DNA from: Octopus vulgaris
Taxonomy: Eukaryota
Direction of reading: 5' to 3'
Assembly: GCA_951406725.2 (NCBI GenBank)
Contig: CATOCA020000047.1
Span: 1-17,665 of the forward strand
Length of the DNA: 17,665 nt
The stretch's first letter is position 1; the number at the start of each line of letters is the position of its first letter. A program made the translations under genes and the position numbers. This document shows positions 1 through 10,442 of the stretch, piece by piece. The notes beneath the pieces were generated by a model. That model saw only the letters and a program-made list of their open reading frames with translations. It was not told the DNA's origin and did no database searches.

Positions 1-90
1 TGTATGTATGTATGTATGTATGTATGTATGAATGCATGTATGTATGTATGTATGTATGTATGTATGTATGTATGTATGTATGTATGTATG
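1..90. repeat. (TATG)n microsatellite
   Basis: Direct tandem TATG units with minor interruptions. Confidence 0.97.
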
Positions 91-434
91 CATTCACGTC
101 AATGTACGTGCATCGTTTTCTGTTCCTTCGTATTGCTTCCATGCGATTCTTGTTGCGAAGCTAAATATAATATCTGTGTAGCTACGCAACAAAGACATTA
201 CATAATTTTGCTCTTTCGTAGCTCCATCTTGTCTGCAAGTGAGATTATACTGAAGATACTGTTATAAAGAACTGCACCGAAATACGTGCGGGAATTCAAG
301 CAATTGTAATTAGCTTTTGATCATAAATTGTTTATTAGAAAGCACAGATTCACACAGACAGACATTGGCGAATACATACAAGCATATGTGCATGTACTTG
401 CATCTCTATATACCCATATATATATATATAAATT

Positions 435-747
435 AGTGGTTAGGGCAGCGGACTGCGGTCGCAGGATCGTTTCGATTCCCAGACTTGTGAGTGTTTATTG
501 AGCGAAAACACCTAAAAGTTCCACGATCTTGGCAATGGTGGTGATTGCCGTACTCTTTCACCACAACTTTCTCTCACTCTTATTCCTGTTTCTGTTGTAC
601 CTGTATTTCAATATTGTCACTCTCTGTGTCACGCTGAATATGAGAATATTAAGGGTACACGTGTCTTGCTCAGCACTTACACGTTAATTTCACGAGCAGG
701 CTGTTCCGTTGATTCATCAAAACTCGTCGTCGTAACCGACGGAGTGC
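435..747 (+). mobile_element. SINE family A copy with many short deletions
   Basis: Colinear with 7508-7897 from AGTGGTTAGGGCAGCGGAC to CGTAACCGACGGAGTGC, but missing many 3-15 bp segments. Confidence 0.9.
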
Positions 748-921
748 ATACATATGCAAATACAATCTTTGCACATCATGCGTGCAGATGCATATATATT
801 CCATATGCGTAAAAACCGACTCCAAATACAACATATAAAAGAATTTCAGTTTTGACCATTTCACAGTGTTATTGAGTGTGTGGTACATAGACCATAAATT
901 ATATTTCTTTTTATACATACG

Positions 922-1006
922 TTTACATCCTTTCGGGGTACATACATAAAATACATACTGGGGTACATGTACATCAACTTAATGTCTGTATTCTATGTTT
1001 GTTCTA
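922..1006 (+). mobile_element. Degraded SINE family B1 3' fragment
   Basis: CATCCTTTCGGGGT...CTGGGGT...ACTTAAT.TGTCTGT matches the B1 core at 8266-8350, with TACA units interspersed. Confidence 0.55.
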
Positions 1007-1105
1007 GGTATATTTCATCATGTGAATAATGTGTTTAATGAGGGAAGGTCAAATGGTTTTTGGGGTTTAGAGAAGAAGAATTCTTTTTATGATTGTTTTG
1101 TGAAG

Positions 1106-1382
<277 letters not shown>

Positions 1383-1411
1383 GTAAATTAATATGTTACA
1401 TTATTCAATAG

Positions 1412-1479
1412 CCAAGATAAAACTCTGAGTTTCGAATGCCGAAGTGGAAATCCACAACACCATCTCTTCGGTTATCTGG
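1412..1479 (-). ncRNA. Type I hammerhead ribozyme-like motif (variant core), probably from a Penelope pseudo-LTR or retrozyme
   Basis: Minus strand reads CCAGAUAA-CCGAAGA-G..stem II..C-GAAA-CUC A GAG-U-U-UUAUCUUGG. Stem I is AGAUAA/UUAUCU, the core is CUGANGA with U4 changed to C, and stem III is CUC/GAG. Confidence 0.65.
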
Positions 1480-1548
1480 ACATCTGAAAAACGCTATGAA
1501 AAAATACCGCATATATATGCGTATACATTTGGCGAAAAATATATATAT

Positions 1549-1855
1549 AGGAGTGGCTGTGTGGTAAGTAGATTGTTTACCAATACATTTTACGGGCAAT
1601 GTCTTCTATATAGCTGCCGACAATTTAGTGGATTTGTAGACAAACTAAAGAAGCCCGTCGTATATATCATATATATATGTGTCGTGTATGTTTGTGTGTC
1701 TGTGTTTGTCCTTAGCATTGCTTACAACCGATGCTGGTGTGTTTATGTCCCAGTACTTATCGGTTCGGCAAAAGAACCGATAGAATAAGTACGGGCACAA
1801 AGAATAACCATCGAGTTGTCAAGCATGTTCCAGCATGGGACAAATGACTGAAACA
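1549..1855 (+). mobile_element. SINE family C copy with many short deletions
   Basis: Colinear with 13170-13593 from AGGAGTGGCTGTGTGGTAAGTAG to CAAATGACTGAAACA. Confidence 0.9.
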
Positions 1856-1858
1856 CAA

Positions 1859-1903
<45 letters not shown>

Positions 1904-1915
1904 ATATATATAAAA

Positions 1916-1959
<44 letters not shown>

Positions 1960-2387
1960 CTATGTTTGTATATATATATATATATACATATATAAGTGTG
2001 TGTGTGTGTGGACACACACTCACACACACACATATATATATGTATGTATATGTATATATGCGTACACGCACACATATGTGTACGTGTGTGTGTGAGTATA
2101 TATATATATATATATATACTCACACATATATATGCATTCATACATGTATGCCTGCATGTATGCACCCATCCATTCATACATACATACATACATACATACA
2201 TACATGCATACATACATACATACATGCATACATACATACGTAGATACATACATTCATATCATACATACATACATACATACATACATACATACATGCATCG
2301 TCATACATACATACATACATACATACATACATACATACATACATACATACATACATCATACATGCATACATACACCATGCACGTCAT
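1859..2387. repeat. Compound (TA)n/(TG)n/(CA)n/(CATA)n microsatellite block
   Basis: Direct inspection; it accounts for the many low-complexity ORFs here. Confidence 0.95.
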
Positions 2388-2477
2388 ATAGAAAGAATAT
2401 TTCAGGTCATATCCAAATACTAGCTAATAAATAGTTGGAAGATTGATCTCGTCTTTAATCGGTAGCTTTATAACTGT

Positions 2478-3165
2478 CATCATCATCATCATCTCCTGCA
2501 ATATTTTCTTGGAACAAAGCATCTTTGATCGTTTATTTCACCCGAAACCATTTTCTAAGCAACTGCAACTGTAAAATACTGATAAAATATCATCTTACGG
2601 CAATGGAATAATAATCATCGTCATCCATATTTTATTGGTTAATCGTTATCAAGAACAATAGATGCATCGTCATCACTCTTATTTTACTTATCATCGTCAT
2701 TCATCATCATCATCATCGTCATCGCCTCATCATCAAATCATCACTCATCATCATCGTAGTACTTCATTCTATCATCATCTTTTGCATCGTCATCGTCATC
2801 ATCATCGTCATCACATCATCATCATCGGTTGTCATCATCAGACATCATCACCATCATCATCATCATCACATCGTCATCATCATATCATCATCATTCATCA
2901 TCATCATCATCGTCATCATCATCATAACATTGGTCGGCCCGTCATCATCATCAATCATGCCATCGTCATCATCATCATCAACCATCGTCATCGTCATCTA
3001 CTTACCATCATCAGCCATCATCATCATCGTCATCGTCATCATCATCATCATCTATCATCATCATCGTCATCGTCATCATCATCATAACAATCATCATCAT
3101 CTTCGTCATCATCATCATCATCATCATCATCGTCATCAATCATCATCATCGTCATCATCATCATG

Positions 3166-3204
<39 letters not shown>

Positions 3205-3243
3205 TTCATCATCATGACCACCACCATCATCATCATCATCCAC

Positions 3244-3325
<82 letters not shown>

Positions 3326-3396
3326 GTCATCGTCATCATCATCATCATCATCATCATCATCGTCGTCGTCGTCATCATCATCATCACCATCATCAC

Positions 3397-3439
<43 letters not shown>

Positions 3440-3446
3440 GTCGTCG

Positions 3447-3513
<67 letters not shown>

Positions 3514-3621
3514 TAACAGCAACAACATCATGATCTTCATCATCATCATGACCATTATCATTATCATCAACATCAAGAAGAACAACATCATCATGATCAT
3601 GAACATAATGATGATGATGAT
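2478..3621. repeat. (CAT)n trinucleotide array, dense from about 2660, degenerate on the left and purer on the right
   Basis: CAT units with CGT/CAC/CAA variants; the poly-H/I/S/D/M ORFs are by-products. Confidence 0.95.
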
Positions 3622-3622
3622 C

Positions 3623-3663
<41 letters not shown>
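3622..3663. repeat. (CAA)n
   Basis: About 14 tandem CAA units. Confidence 0.95.
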
Positions 3664-3915
3664 AAGCAGCTATACTAATATGAGACAGACCCGTTTTCTC
3701 TAATCTAAACAATGAGAGTATTCAGTAATAACATTGGAACGCAGTTTGGGTTTAGATAAGTGCGTAGTACTAACCATGAAGAGAGGCTGGAAGATAAAGT
3801 TTGATGGCATCATTAGATTGCTATGGAATACAAATACCTGGGAATACTGCAAGACAAGATAATGGAAAGAGAAATGTGAGAGAAAGTCACTAAAGAGTAC
3901 GAAAGGAAAAATTTG

Positions 3916-4122
3916 GGCACTGTCATGCCTTTGGTTGTCAGAAGTGAAAGTAGAAAAATCTGACGTCAGACGTCAACTTCGTGTATTTACGTCGTCAAGT
4001 TTATGCCTTCGTTTATTTACGTACCACCACGCTTTAATTTAATGGACGAGAAAAAGTGTGACGTCATTTTGACGTCACACTTTTTCTACTTTCATCCTGA
4101 CAACCAAAGGCATGACAGTGCC
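3916..4122. mobile_element. MITE with ~43-bp TIRs and 8-bp TSD, Merlin-like
   Basis: TIRs GGCACTGTCATGCCTTTGGTTGTCAG.. and ..CTGACAACCAAAGGCATGACAGTGCC; perfect TSD AAAATTTG at 3908-3915 and 4123-4130. GG termini with an 8-bp TSD fit Merlin. Confidence 0.85.
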
Positions 4123-4313
4123 AAAATTTGCACGGTGCTTGAAACAATGTTAAATACAGGGCACAACATTAAAGCCATATATACATGAGCAATGCCAGTA
4201 TTGAGATACTTTGCCCTCTTTGTGAAATAGGCAAAGATCGAACTGCAGAAGTTAGATAGAAGAACCAGTAAGCTGTTAACAATGCACAACGCACTCCATC
4301 CTAAAAGTATTAC

Positions 4314-4542
4314 TTATTTCTTTACTACCCACAAGGGGCTAAACACAGAGGGGACAAACAAGGACAGACAAACGAATTAAGTCGATTACATCGACCCCAG
4401 TGCATAACTGATACTTAATTTATCGACCCCGAAAGGACGAAAGGCAAAGTCGACCTCGGCGCAATTTGAACTCAGAACGTAACGGCAGAGGAAATACGGC
4501 TACGCATTTCGCCCGGCGTGCTAACGTTTCTGCTAGCTCGCC
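4314..4542 (-). mobile_element. SINE family B1
   Basis: Reverse complement of 8161-8391; TSD CCATCCTAAAAGTATTAC at 4296-4313 and 4541-4558. Confidence 0.95.
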
Positions 4543-4652
4543 ATCCTAAAAGTATTACCGACTCGCTCTACCTTCCAAGAAGGTAAGGGTTACTAAACGT
4601 GGAAGACATTGTTGGCAGTGCGATACTGGGTTTGAAAGATTTCCTACAGAGT

Positions 4653-5066
4653 CTTCTCTTCTTCTTCTTAATCCTTTTTGCCCCTTGTGGAGCATAGGGC
4701 CTCAACAGTTGTTTTCCACTTTTTGCGGTCATTGGCGTGTTTCTTGGCTGCTTCCCATGTCAGGCCGGTGGCCCTGAGCTCGTCCAAATTGATCTGCTTC
4801 CATGTCTGCTTCGGGCGTCCTCGCTTCCTTCTCCCCTGCAGGTTCTAGTTAAGTGCTTGTCGTGTCACATTTGAGGGTACTTTCCGCTGTGTGTGTCCGA
4901 TCCATCTCCATTTCCTTCGTCTAATCTGAACATGTATGGACTCCTGGTTGGCCCTTTCCCACAGGTTGGTGTTTGGCACTCTGTCGAACCACTTCAGATG
5001 GAGGATCTGCCGGATACATTTGTTGATGAAGGTCCGGATCTTCTTGTTTTAGAGCCAGAGATACCC
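4653..5066 (-). mobile_element. RTE-clade LINE 3' fragment with (GAA)n tail
   Basis: Minus strand translates KIRTFINKCIRQILHLKWFDRVPN..LW...IRRRKWRWIGH...QGRRKRGRPKQTW...ANDRKKWKTTVEALCS..*, typical of the RTE C-terminus; stop at 4668-4670 followed by a GAA tail. Confidence 0.85.
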
Positions 5067-5953
5067 AAAATGTGACTAAAACAGTAGAAGAATTCAAAGA
5101 CAAAAAGAAAGGACAACAGAATGAACAAATGGAAAGAAATGGAACTGCATGGCCAATTCATGCAACAAACCGGAAATACGGAAGTGAATCACGCTGGCTT
5201 TGGTTGACGAACGGGAACGTGAAACGAGGAACAGAAACGTTAATTATAGTCGATCAGGACCAAAGCCATAGAACAAATCTAATAAAGGCAAAGATCGACA
5301 AAACTCAGTCAGACAGCAAATGTAGAGTCTGCAGGAAAGAATACGAAAGTATCAGTGATATTTTCAGTGTGTGCAGTATACTAACACTAAAGAAATACAA
5401 GCGCAGACATGACTGTAGACAAAGGAATACATTGGGATGTTAGTCGAGTATGTGGCTTTAAAACAACAGAAAAGTGGTATGAACATGAACTAGAGGCTGT
5501 GATAGAAAATGAGAATTGCAAAATCTTGTGGGACTTTGCTATAAAGACTGACCGTACGATGGAGAGAAGAAGACCAGACGTGATTATAAAGGACAAAATA
5601 AACAAAGTACGATAATAAATTTTGAAATTTCCTATGATAGCAGAGTTGATACTAAAGAAACTGAAAAAAAATTGAGAAATACCAGTATTTAACCAGAGGG
5701 CTGAAGTGACTCTCGTGGAAGACCAGGACAAAAACATTTTCCCGTAGTAATAAGTGCACTTGGTACAACACCCAAAAAATGCTTTCTAAAAGGCTGAAAG
5801 AGATTGGGTTTGAACCTCGTATTGCCGACCTGCAGAAAAGTACCAACCTATATCCTGCGAGAATCCCACGAAAAACTCTGGAGATTTGAGGAAACTTGTT
5901 GTCAACAAACATTAAAATAAAATACTTGCTAACTAAATTAGCATGCACTAGCA

Positions 5954-5961
5954 TAATAATA

Positions 5962-6028
<67 letters not shown>

Positions 6029-6067
6029 GAAGAAGAAGAAGAAGAAGCTAGCAGCAGCAACAGCAGC

Positions 6068-6101
<34 letters not shown>

Positions 6102-6111
6102 ACAACAACAA
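5954..6111. repeat. Compound trinucleotide microsatellite (TAA)n(GAA)n(GCA)n(GTA)n(ACA)n
   Basis: Direct inspection. Confidence 0.95.
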
Positions 6112-6276
6112 GAATAATATTAATTTATAGATAGTAAGAAATGTTTTTCAACTAAGACTCCACATGAATGAAAGTCGGATGGTGACCTTGACAATGCTGT
6201 CGCTACTAGTTTATTAATATTATAATTAGAAGATTATCCAATATAGGAGAATAAGTGGTCTTTAATTAAACAGCCA

Positions 6277-6470
6277 ATTATTATAATAATAATAAATCTC
6301 TGAACGAGTAACTGCAGTCCGTGCGTATCACTTAGGTTGACGAGGGAGGGATGACCTCCCTTTGCAAATACCATAAGGGCACAGAAAGTGTGCCTAAAGC
6401 CAGCTGGAGACGATGTTCTCCTGGGGCTACAAGCTACAGTAACATCCACCCTTAGTGATTAGCCATATTG
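6277..6470 (-). mobile_element. Unclassified GC-rich insert with (TTA)n tail, probably a retroelement 3' end
   Basis: Interrupts the Penelope remnant between VFN..A and PYYNNAL; the minus strand ends in TTATTATTATTATAAT; it contains several hairpins. Confidence 0.45.
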
Positions 6471-7017
6471 AGATGGCAAGTATACCTCATATATTATAAT
6501 AATGCTTTAGAAAAAAAGCAGCTTTAAACCAGAAACAGCAACAGAAATAATACAGAAATTATGTTGCCTGGTTTAATCCCACTCAGAAATACGACTTAAA
6601 AATCAAATATCGCTGGAAGTTCAAATTTAAAGAAAACATTCTCATCTGTTCATAAAGTTCCATAATTTTCTAATAATAAAATGTCAAGATCAGTAACAAT
6701 TTGCAGTGTCCACAGCATAATTATGTATACAACTTTAAGGAGTCAGTCCGAACAAAATGACGAACGTAATCGCTGGTCTACACAATCCGGTACGCTTAAT
6801 GAAAAATGCTTAACAAATGCAATTGTCGAAAAAGCAAAGGTAAAAATTATTTTTAGGTAGTTGCACAGAAACAAATAAATCTTACATCTGCATGTGCAAA
6901 GACAGGCAAATATAAGATTTTCTTAATAACAAATCCGTCTATAGAAATGAGAAAAAGAAAAATAATAGAAACTTATCCAAATATGTATGGCACGTGAAAG
7001 AACGGTACGTTGACCTC

Positions 7018-7396
7018 CTGGGCGAAATGCGTAGCCGTATTTCGTCTGCCGTTACGTTCTAAGTTCAAAGGCCGACTTTGCCTTTCATCCTTTCAGGGTC
7101 GATAAATTAAGTACCAGTTACGCACTGGGGTCGATGTAATCGACTTGATCCGTTTGTCTGTCCTTGTTTGTCCCCTCTATGTTTAGCCCCTCGTGGGTAG
7201 TAAAGAAATAAGTATTTCGTCTGCTGTTACGTTCTGAGTTCAAATTCCGACGAGATCGATTTTGCCTCTCATCCTTTCGGGGTCGATAAATTAAGTACCA
7301 GTTACGCACTGGGGTCGATGTAATCGACTTGATCCGTTTGTCTGTCCTTGTTTGTCCCCTCTGCGTTTAGCTCCCTCAGTGGGTAATAAAGAAACA
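7018..7396 (+). mobile_element. SINE family B1 partial dimer (5'-truncated unit 7018-7211 plus a unit restarting at GTATTTCG, 7212-7396)
   Basis: Two tandem copies of the B1 body and tail. Confidence 0.93.
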
Positions 7397-7507
7397 GATA
7401 TTAACTGACAAATCATTGAACATAACGTACCCTACGTAAATGGGACAATGCAATATAAACGATGTGTGACAAAAAACTACCACATGTTAATAACATATAT
7501 TGAAAGG

Positions 7508-7897
7508 GTGGAGGGTGTAATGGCCCAGTGGTTAGGGCAGCGGACTCGCGGTCATAGGATCGCGGTTTCGATTCCCAGACCGGGCGTTGCGAGTGTTTAT
7601 TGCGCGAAAACACCTAAAGCTCCACGAGGCCTGCAGGGGATGGTGGTGATCCCTGCTGTACTCTTTCACCACAACTTTCTCTCACTTCTTACTTCCTGCT
7701 TCTGTTGTACCTGCATTTCAAAGGGCCGGCCTTGTCACTCTCTGTGTCACGCTGAATATCCCCGAGAATTGGGTGCTAAGGGTACACGTGTATGTGGAGT
7801 GCTCAGCCACTAACACGTTAATTTCACGAGCAGGCTGTTCCGTTGATTCGGATCAACTGGAACCTCTTCGTCGTCGTAACCGACGGAGTGCTTCCAC
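7508..7897 (+). mobile_element. SINE family A, full length (~390 bp, tRNA-derived head)
   Basis: A box TGGCCCAGTGG and B box GGTTTCGATTCCC; TSD ATATTGAAAGG at 7497-7507 and 7898-7908. It may correspond to a described octopus OR-type SINE (not verified). Confidence 0.93.
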
Positions 7898-8160
7898 ATA
7901 TTGAAAGGAAAAAGAATAAATACTCTGAACACTACCGCTCCCACACAAGGAGTGTAAACTTCATTAAGAATAGTACCAACCGAAAAGTATGAAGGACGCC
8001 GCCACTCGCTACTGAAGAGCAACAGAAACTCCGTTCGTTGTAACTTAAATCATTTCTTCATTGACACGCTATTGGTCTCTCTTTCAGTTGCAAAAATGTG
8101 TGTGTTTGTGTGTGTGTGTGCGCATAAGAAGCCTAGCTCTAACTATAGTTAACTACATAA

Positions 8161-8391
8161 GGCGGCGAGCTGGCAGAAACGTTAGCACGGCGGGCAAAGT
8201 GCTTAGCGGTATTTCGTCTGCCGCTACGTTCTGAGTTCAAATTCCGCCGAGGTCGACTTTGCCTTTCACCCTTTCGGGGTCGATAAATTAAGTACCAGTT
8301 ACGCACTGGGGTCGATGTGATCGACTTAATCCGTTTGTCTATCCTTGTTTGTCCCCTCTACGTTTAGCCCCTTGTGGGTAGTAAAGAAACA
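8161..8391 (+). mobile_element. SINE family B1, full length
   Basis: Head GGCGGCGAGCTGGCAG, B box GAGTTCAAATTCC, tail GTAAAGAAA; TSD TATAGTTAACTACATAA at 8144-8160 and 8392-8408. Confidence 0.95.
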
Positions 8392-8709
8392 TATAGTTAA
8401 CTACATAAATGGTTTAACTCTGCTATCTGTATTTCGTACTCTATCTTCTAACTTCTTAATTTTATTTTTAATAAACAGTTTATTCGGTTAGTTTAATTTC
8501 TATAACTAGACACACAGTTAATAAATATTGATCGATGCTTGTCTCTTTTTCCCTAGCACATAGTGGTATGGGAGACGCGAGCAAAAGGGATTGCGACAGG
8601 TCAATTCATCTCCGGACGTGGGCTGGTGAATTACTTCGCTGTCCATCCGCCCAGCAAGATCCGTCTGGAGAGGAGGAGCCTGCCGCAAAAAACCTTTGAG
8701 AAAAGATGG

Positions 8710-9130
8710 ACGACAGGGGTGGCTGTGTGGTAAGTAGCTTGCTTATGAACTACATGGTTCCAGGTTCAGTCTTTCACTGCGTGGCATCTTGGGCAAATGT
8801 CTTCTACTATAGCCTCGGGCCGACCAAAGCCTTGTGAGTGGATTTGGTAGACGGAAACTGAAAGAAGCCTGTCGTATATATGTATATATATATATATATG
8901 TATGCATGTGTGTGTGTTTGTGTGTCTGTGTTTGTCCCCCTAGCATTGCTTGACAACCGATCCTGGTGTGTTTACGTCCCCGTCACTTAGCGGTTCGGCA
9001 AAAAGTGACCGATAGAATAAGTACTGGGCTTACAAAAGAATAAGTCCCGGGGTCGATTTGCTCGACTAAAGGCGGTGCTCCAGCATGGCCGCAGTCAAAT
9101 GACTGAAACAAGTAAAAGTAAAAGTAAAAA
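8710..9130 (+). mobile_element. SINE family C, full length, with internal (TA)n(TG)n
   Basis: Near-identical to 13170-13593; A box GTGGCTGTGTGG, B box GGTTCAGTC, (AAGTAA)n tail. Confidence 0.95.
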
Positions 9131-9230
9131 GGGGTAAAAAAAAAAGGATGAGAATGCACGAGGCTGTGCTTGCACGGTCGGTCGGAGCATAAAAGGAAGG
9201 GAAAAGATTACCAAAAAGGATAGGGATAAC

Positions 9231-9419
9231 CATCATCATCATCATCATTGTTCGACCGTGGTCGAGACAATGGAATTTACCACGCTACGCCAGACTTCAT
9301 GGACCGTCGTAGCATTACGGAGGTCCTGTTGCTTGATGCCTGTATGTATCCCTGGAGATTACATCAGGGTAGGAGAGTGTGCGCCCTCTGGTATTGCGAG
9401 TAGATGGCTTCCAGAGGAG
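9231..9419 (-). mobile_element. RTE LINE 3' end with (TGA)n tail
   Basis: Reverse complement of 10264-10442. Confidence 0.9.
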
Positions 9420-9594
9420 GGTTAACTCACTAACCAGGACCCAAAACTCATCCGATCAGCATTTATATTTATATTTTTAACCCTCATCCAAAATATATGT
9501 AAGTCCATCCGTTTTTTTCCCACTGTATGTAAGAAGCGAGTTTGTACCCTGAATGTTCCTTGTCTGTCCTTGTTATTTCCCTTCTACGTAAACC

Positions 9595-9940
9595 ATGCGT
9601 GAAGGCGCATGGCTCAGTGGTTAGAGCGTCGAGCTTACGATCGTGAGGTTGTGGAGCTCGAATCCCGGACCGGGCTGCATGTTGTGTTCTCGAGCAAGAC
9701 ACTTTATTTTCACGTCGCTCCAGTTCACTCAGCTGTAGAAATGAGTTGCAACGTCACTGGTGCCAAGCTGTATCGGCCCCTTTGCCTTTCTCTTGGATAA
9801 CACTGGTGGCGTGGAGAGGGGAGGCCGGTATGCATGGGTGACTGCTGGTCTTCCGTAAACAACCTTGCCCGGACTTGTGTCTAGGAGGGTAACTTTCTAG
9901 GTGCAATCCCATGGTCACTCATGACCGAAGTGGGGGTCTT
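9595..9940 (+). mobile_element. SINE family D (tRNA head), inserted into an old B1-like tail
   Basis: A box TGGCTCAGTGG and B box-like GAGCTCGAATCCC; TSD TACGTAAACC at 9585-9594 and 9941-9950. The flanks (9560-9594, 9951-9973) resemble the B1 tail. Confidence 0.85.
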
Positions 9941-10147
9941 TACGTAAACCTTTTATAGGTTAATAAAGAAATATACCTAGCACATAGTTTGGGAAGGTTG
10001 GATAAAAGGCACATTGTTCCAGTAGTTTATATTCAGTTCGTTTTTAGTGTGGTTTAATGTCTGGAATATGTTATAGAATGAAACAAAGCGTATCTATTAG
10101 TCTATGTTCTTTCATTAATGCATGTTTGATGTTCTAGGTTTGTTGTT

Positions 10148-10442
10148 CCACCAAAATGCAAATATATGGGAAACTACCATCTGTGTCGTCTCTTGTGAAA
10201 GGTAGGAGAGTCCAGTTTGCTGGACATTGTTGTAGAGCTGAAAAAGAAGTAATTTCTACTCTTCTCCTCTGGAAGCCATCTACTCGCAATACCAGAGGGC
10301 GCACACTCTCCTACCCTGATGTAATCTCCAGGGATACAGGCATCCAGCAACAGGACCTCCGTAATGCCATGATGGACCGTGAAGTCTGGCGTAGCATGGT
10401 AAATTCCATTGTCTCGACCACAGTCAAACAATGATGATGATG
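10148..10442 (+). mobile_element. RTE-clade LINE 3' fragment (ORF 10156-10434) with (TGA)n tail
   Basis: IYGKLP..S..VKGRRVQFAGHCCR...LLLWKP...RGR...AMMDREVWR is an RTE C-terminus; short TSD-like TGTTCC at 10144-10149 and 10441-10446. Confidence 0.85.

Larger units (their letters stand above)
3665..5953 (+). mobile_element. 5'-truncated, decayed R4/Dong-like non-LTR retrotransposon (RT C-terminus, CCHC knuckle, restriction-like endonuclease), interrupted by three insertions
   Basis: Translated remnants in order: FGLDKC (~3745, frameshifted), YKYLGIL (3829-3849), LN..NIKAI.T*AMPVLRY, HPKS..DSLYLPR (spanning the SINE), WKEMELHGQF (~5130), CRVC...C...YKRRHD (5321-5413), ILWDF...RRPD (5523-5579), EKYQYL, and LQKS...RKTLEI* (stop 5887-5889). 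A short 3' UTR then runs into (TAA)n. Confidence 0.85.
6120..7970 (+). mobile_element. Heavily decayed Penelope-like element (RT remnant, linker, GIY-YIG region), split by insertions
   Basis: Ordered remnants: SDGD..TM (~6175), RRLSN (6228-6242), YNNALEKS (~6495), WFNP (6569-6580), KCLTNAIV (~6804), LSKYVW (6973-6990), IIE..PYVNG...C.TK..ML (7415-7490). These follow the PLE motif order as I recall it. Confidence 0.65.

Noticed and set aside
250-292. CTGAAGA...CGAAATACGT hammerhead-like spacing
   Set aside because: There is no purine-pyrimidine pair closing stem II, and no stem I or UH triplet could be formed.
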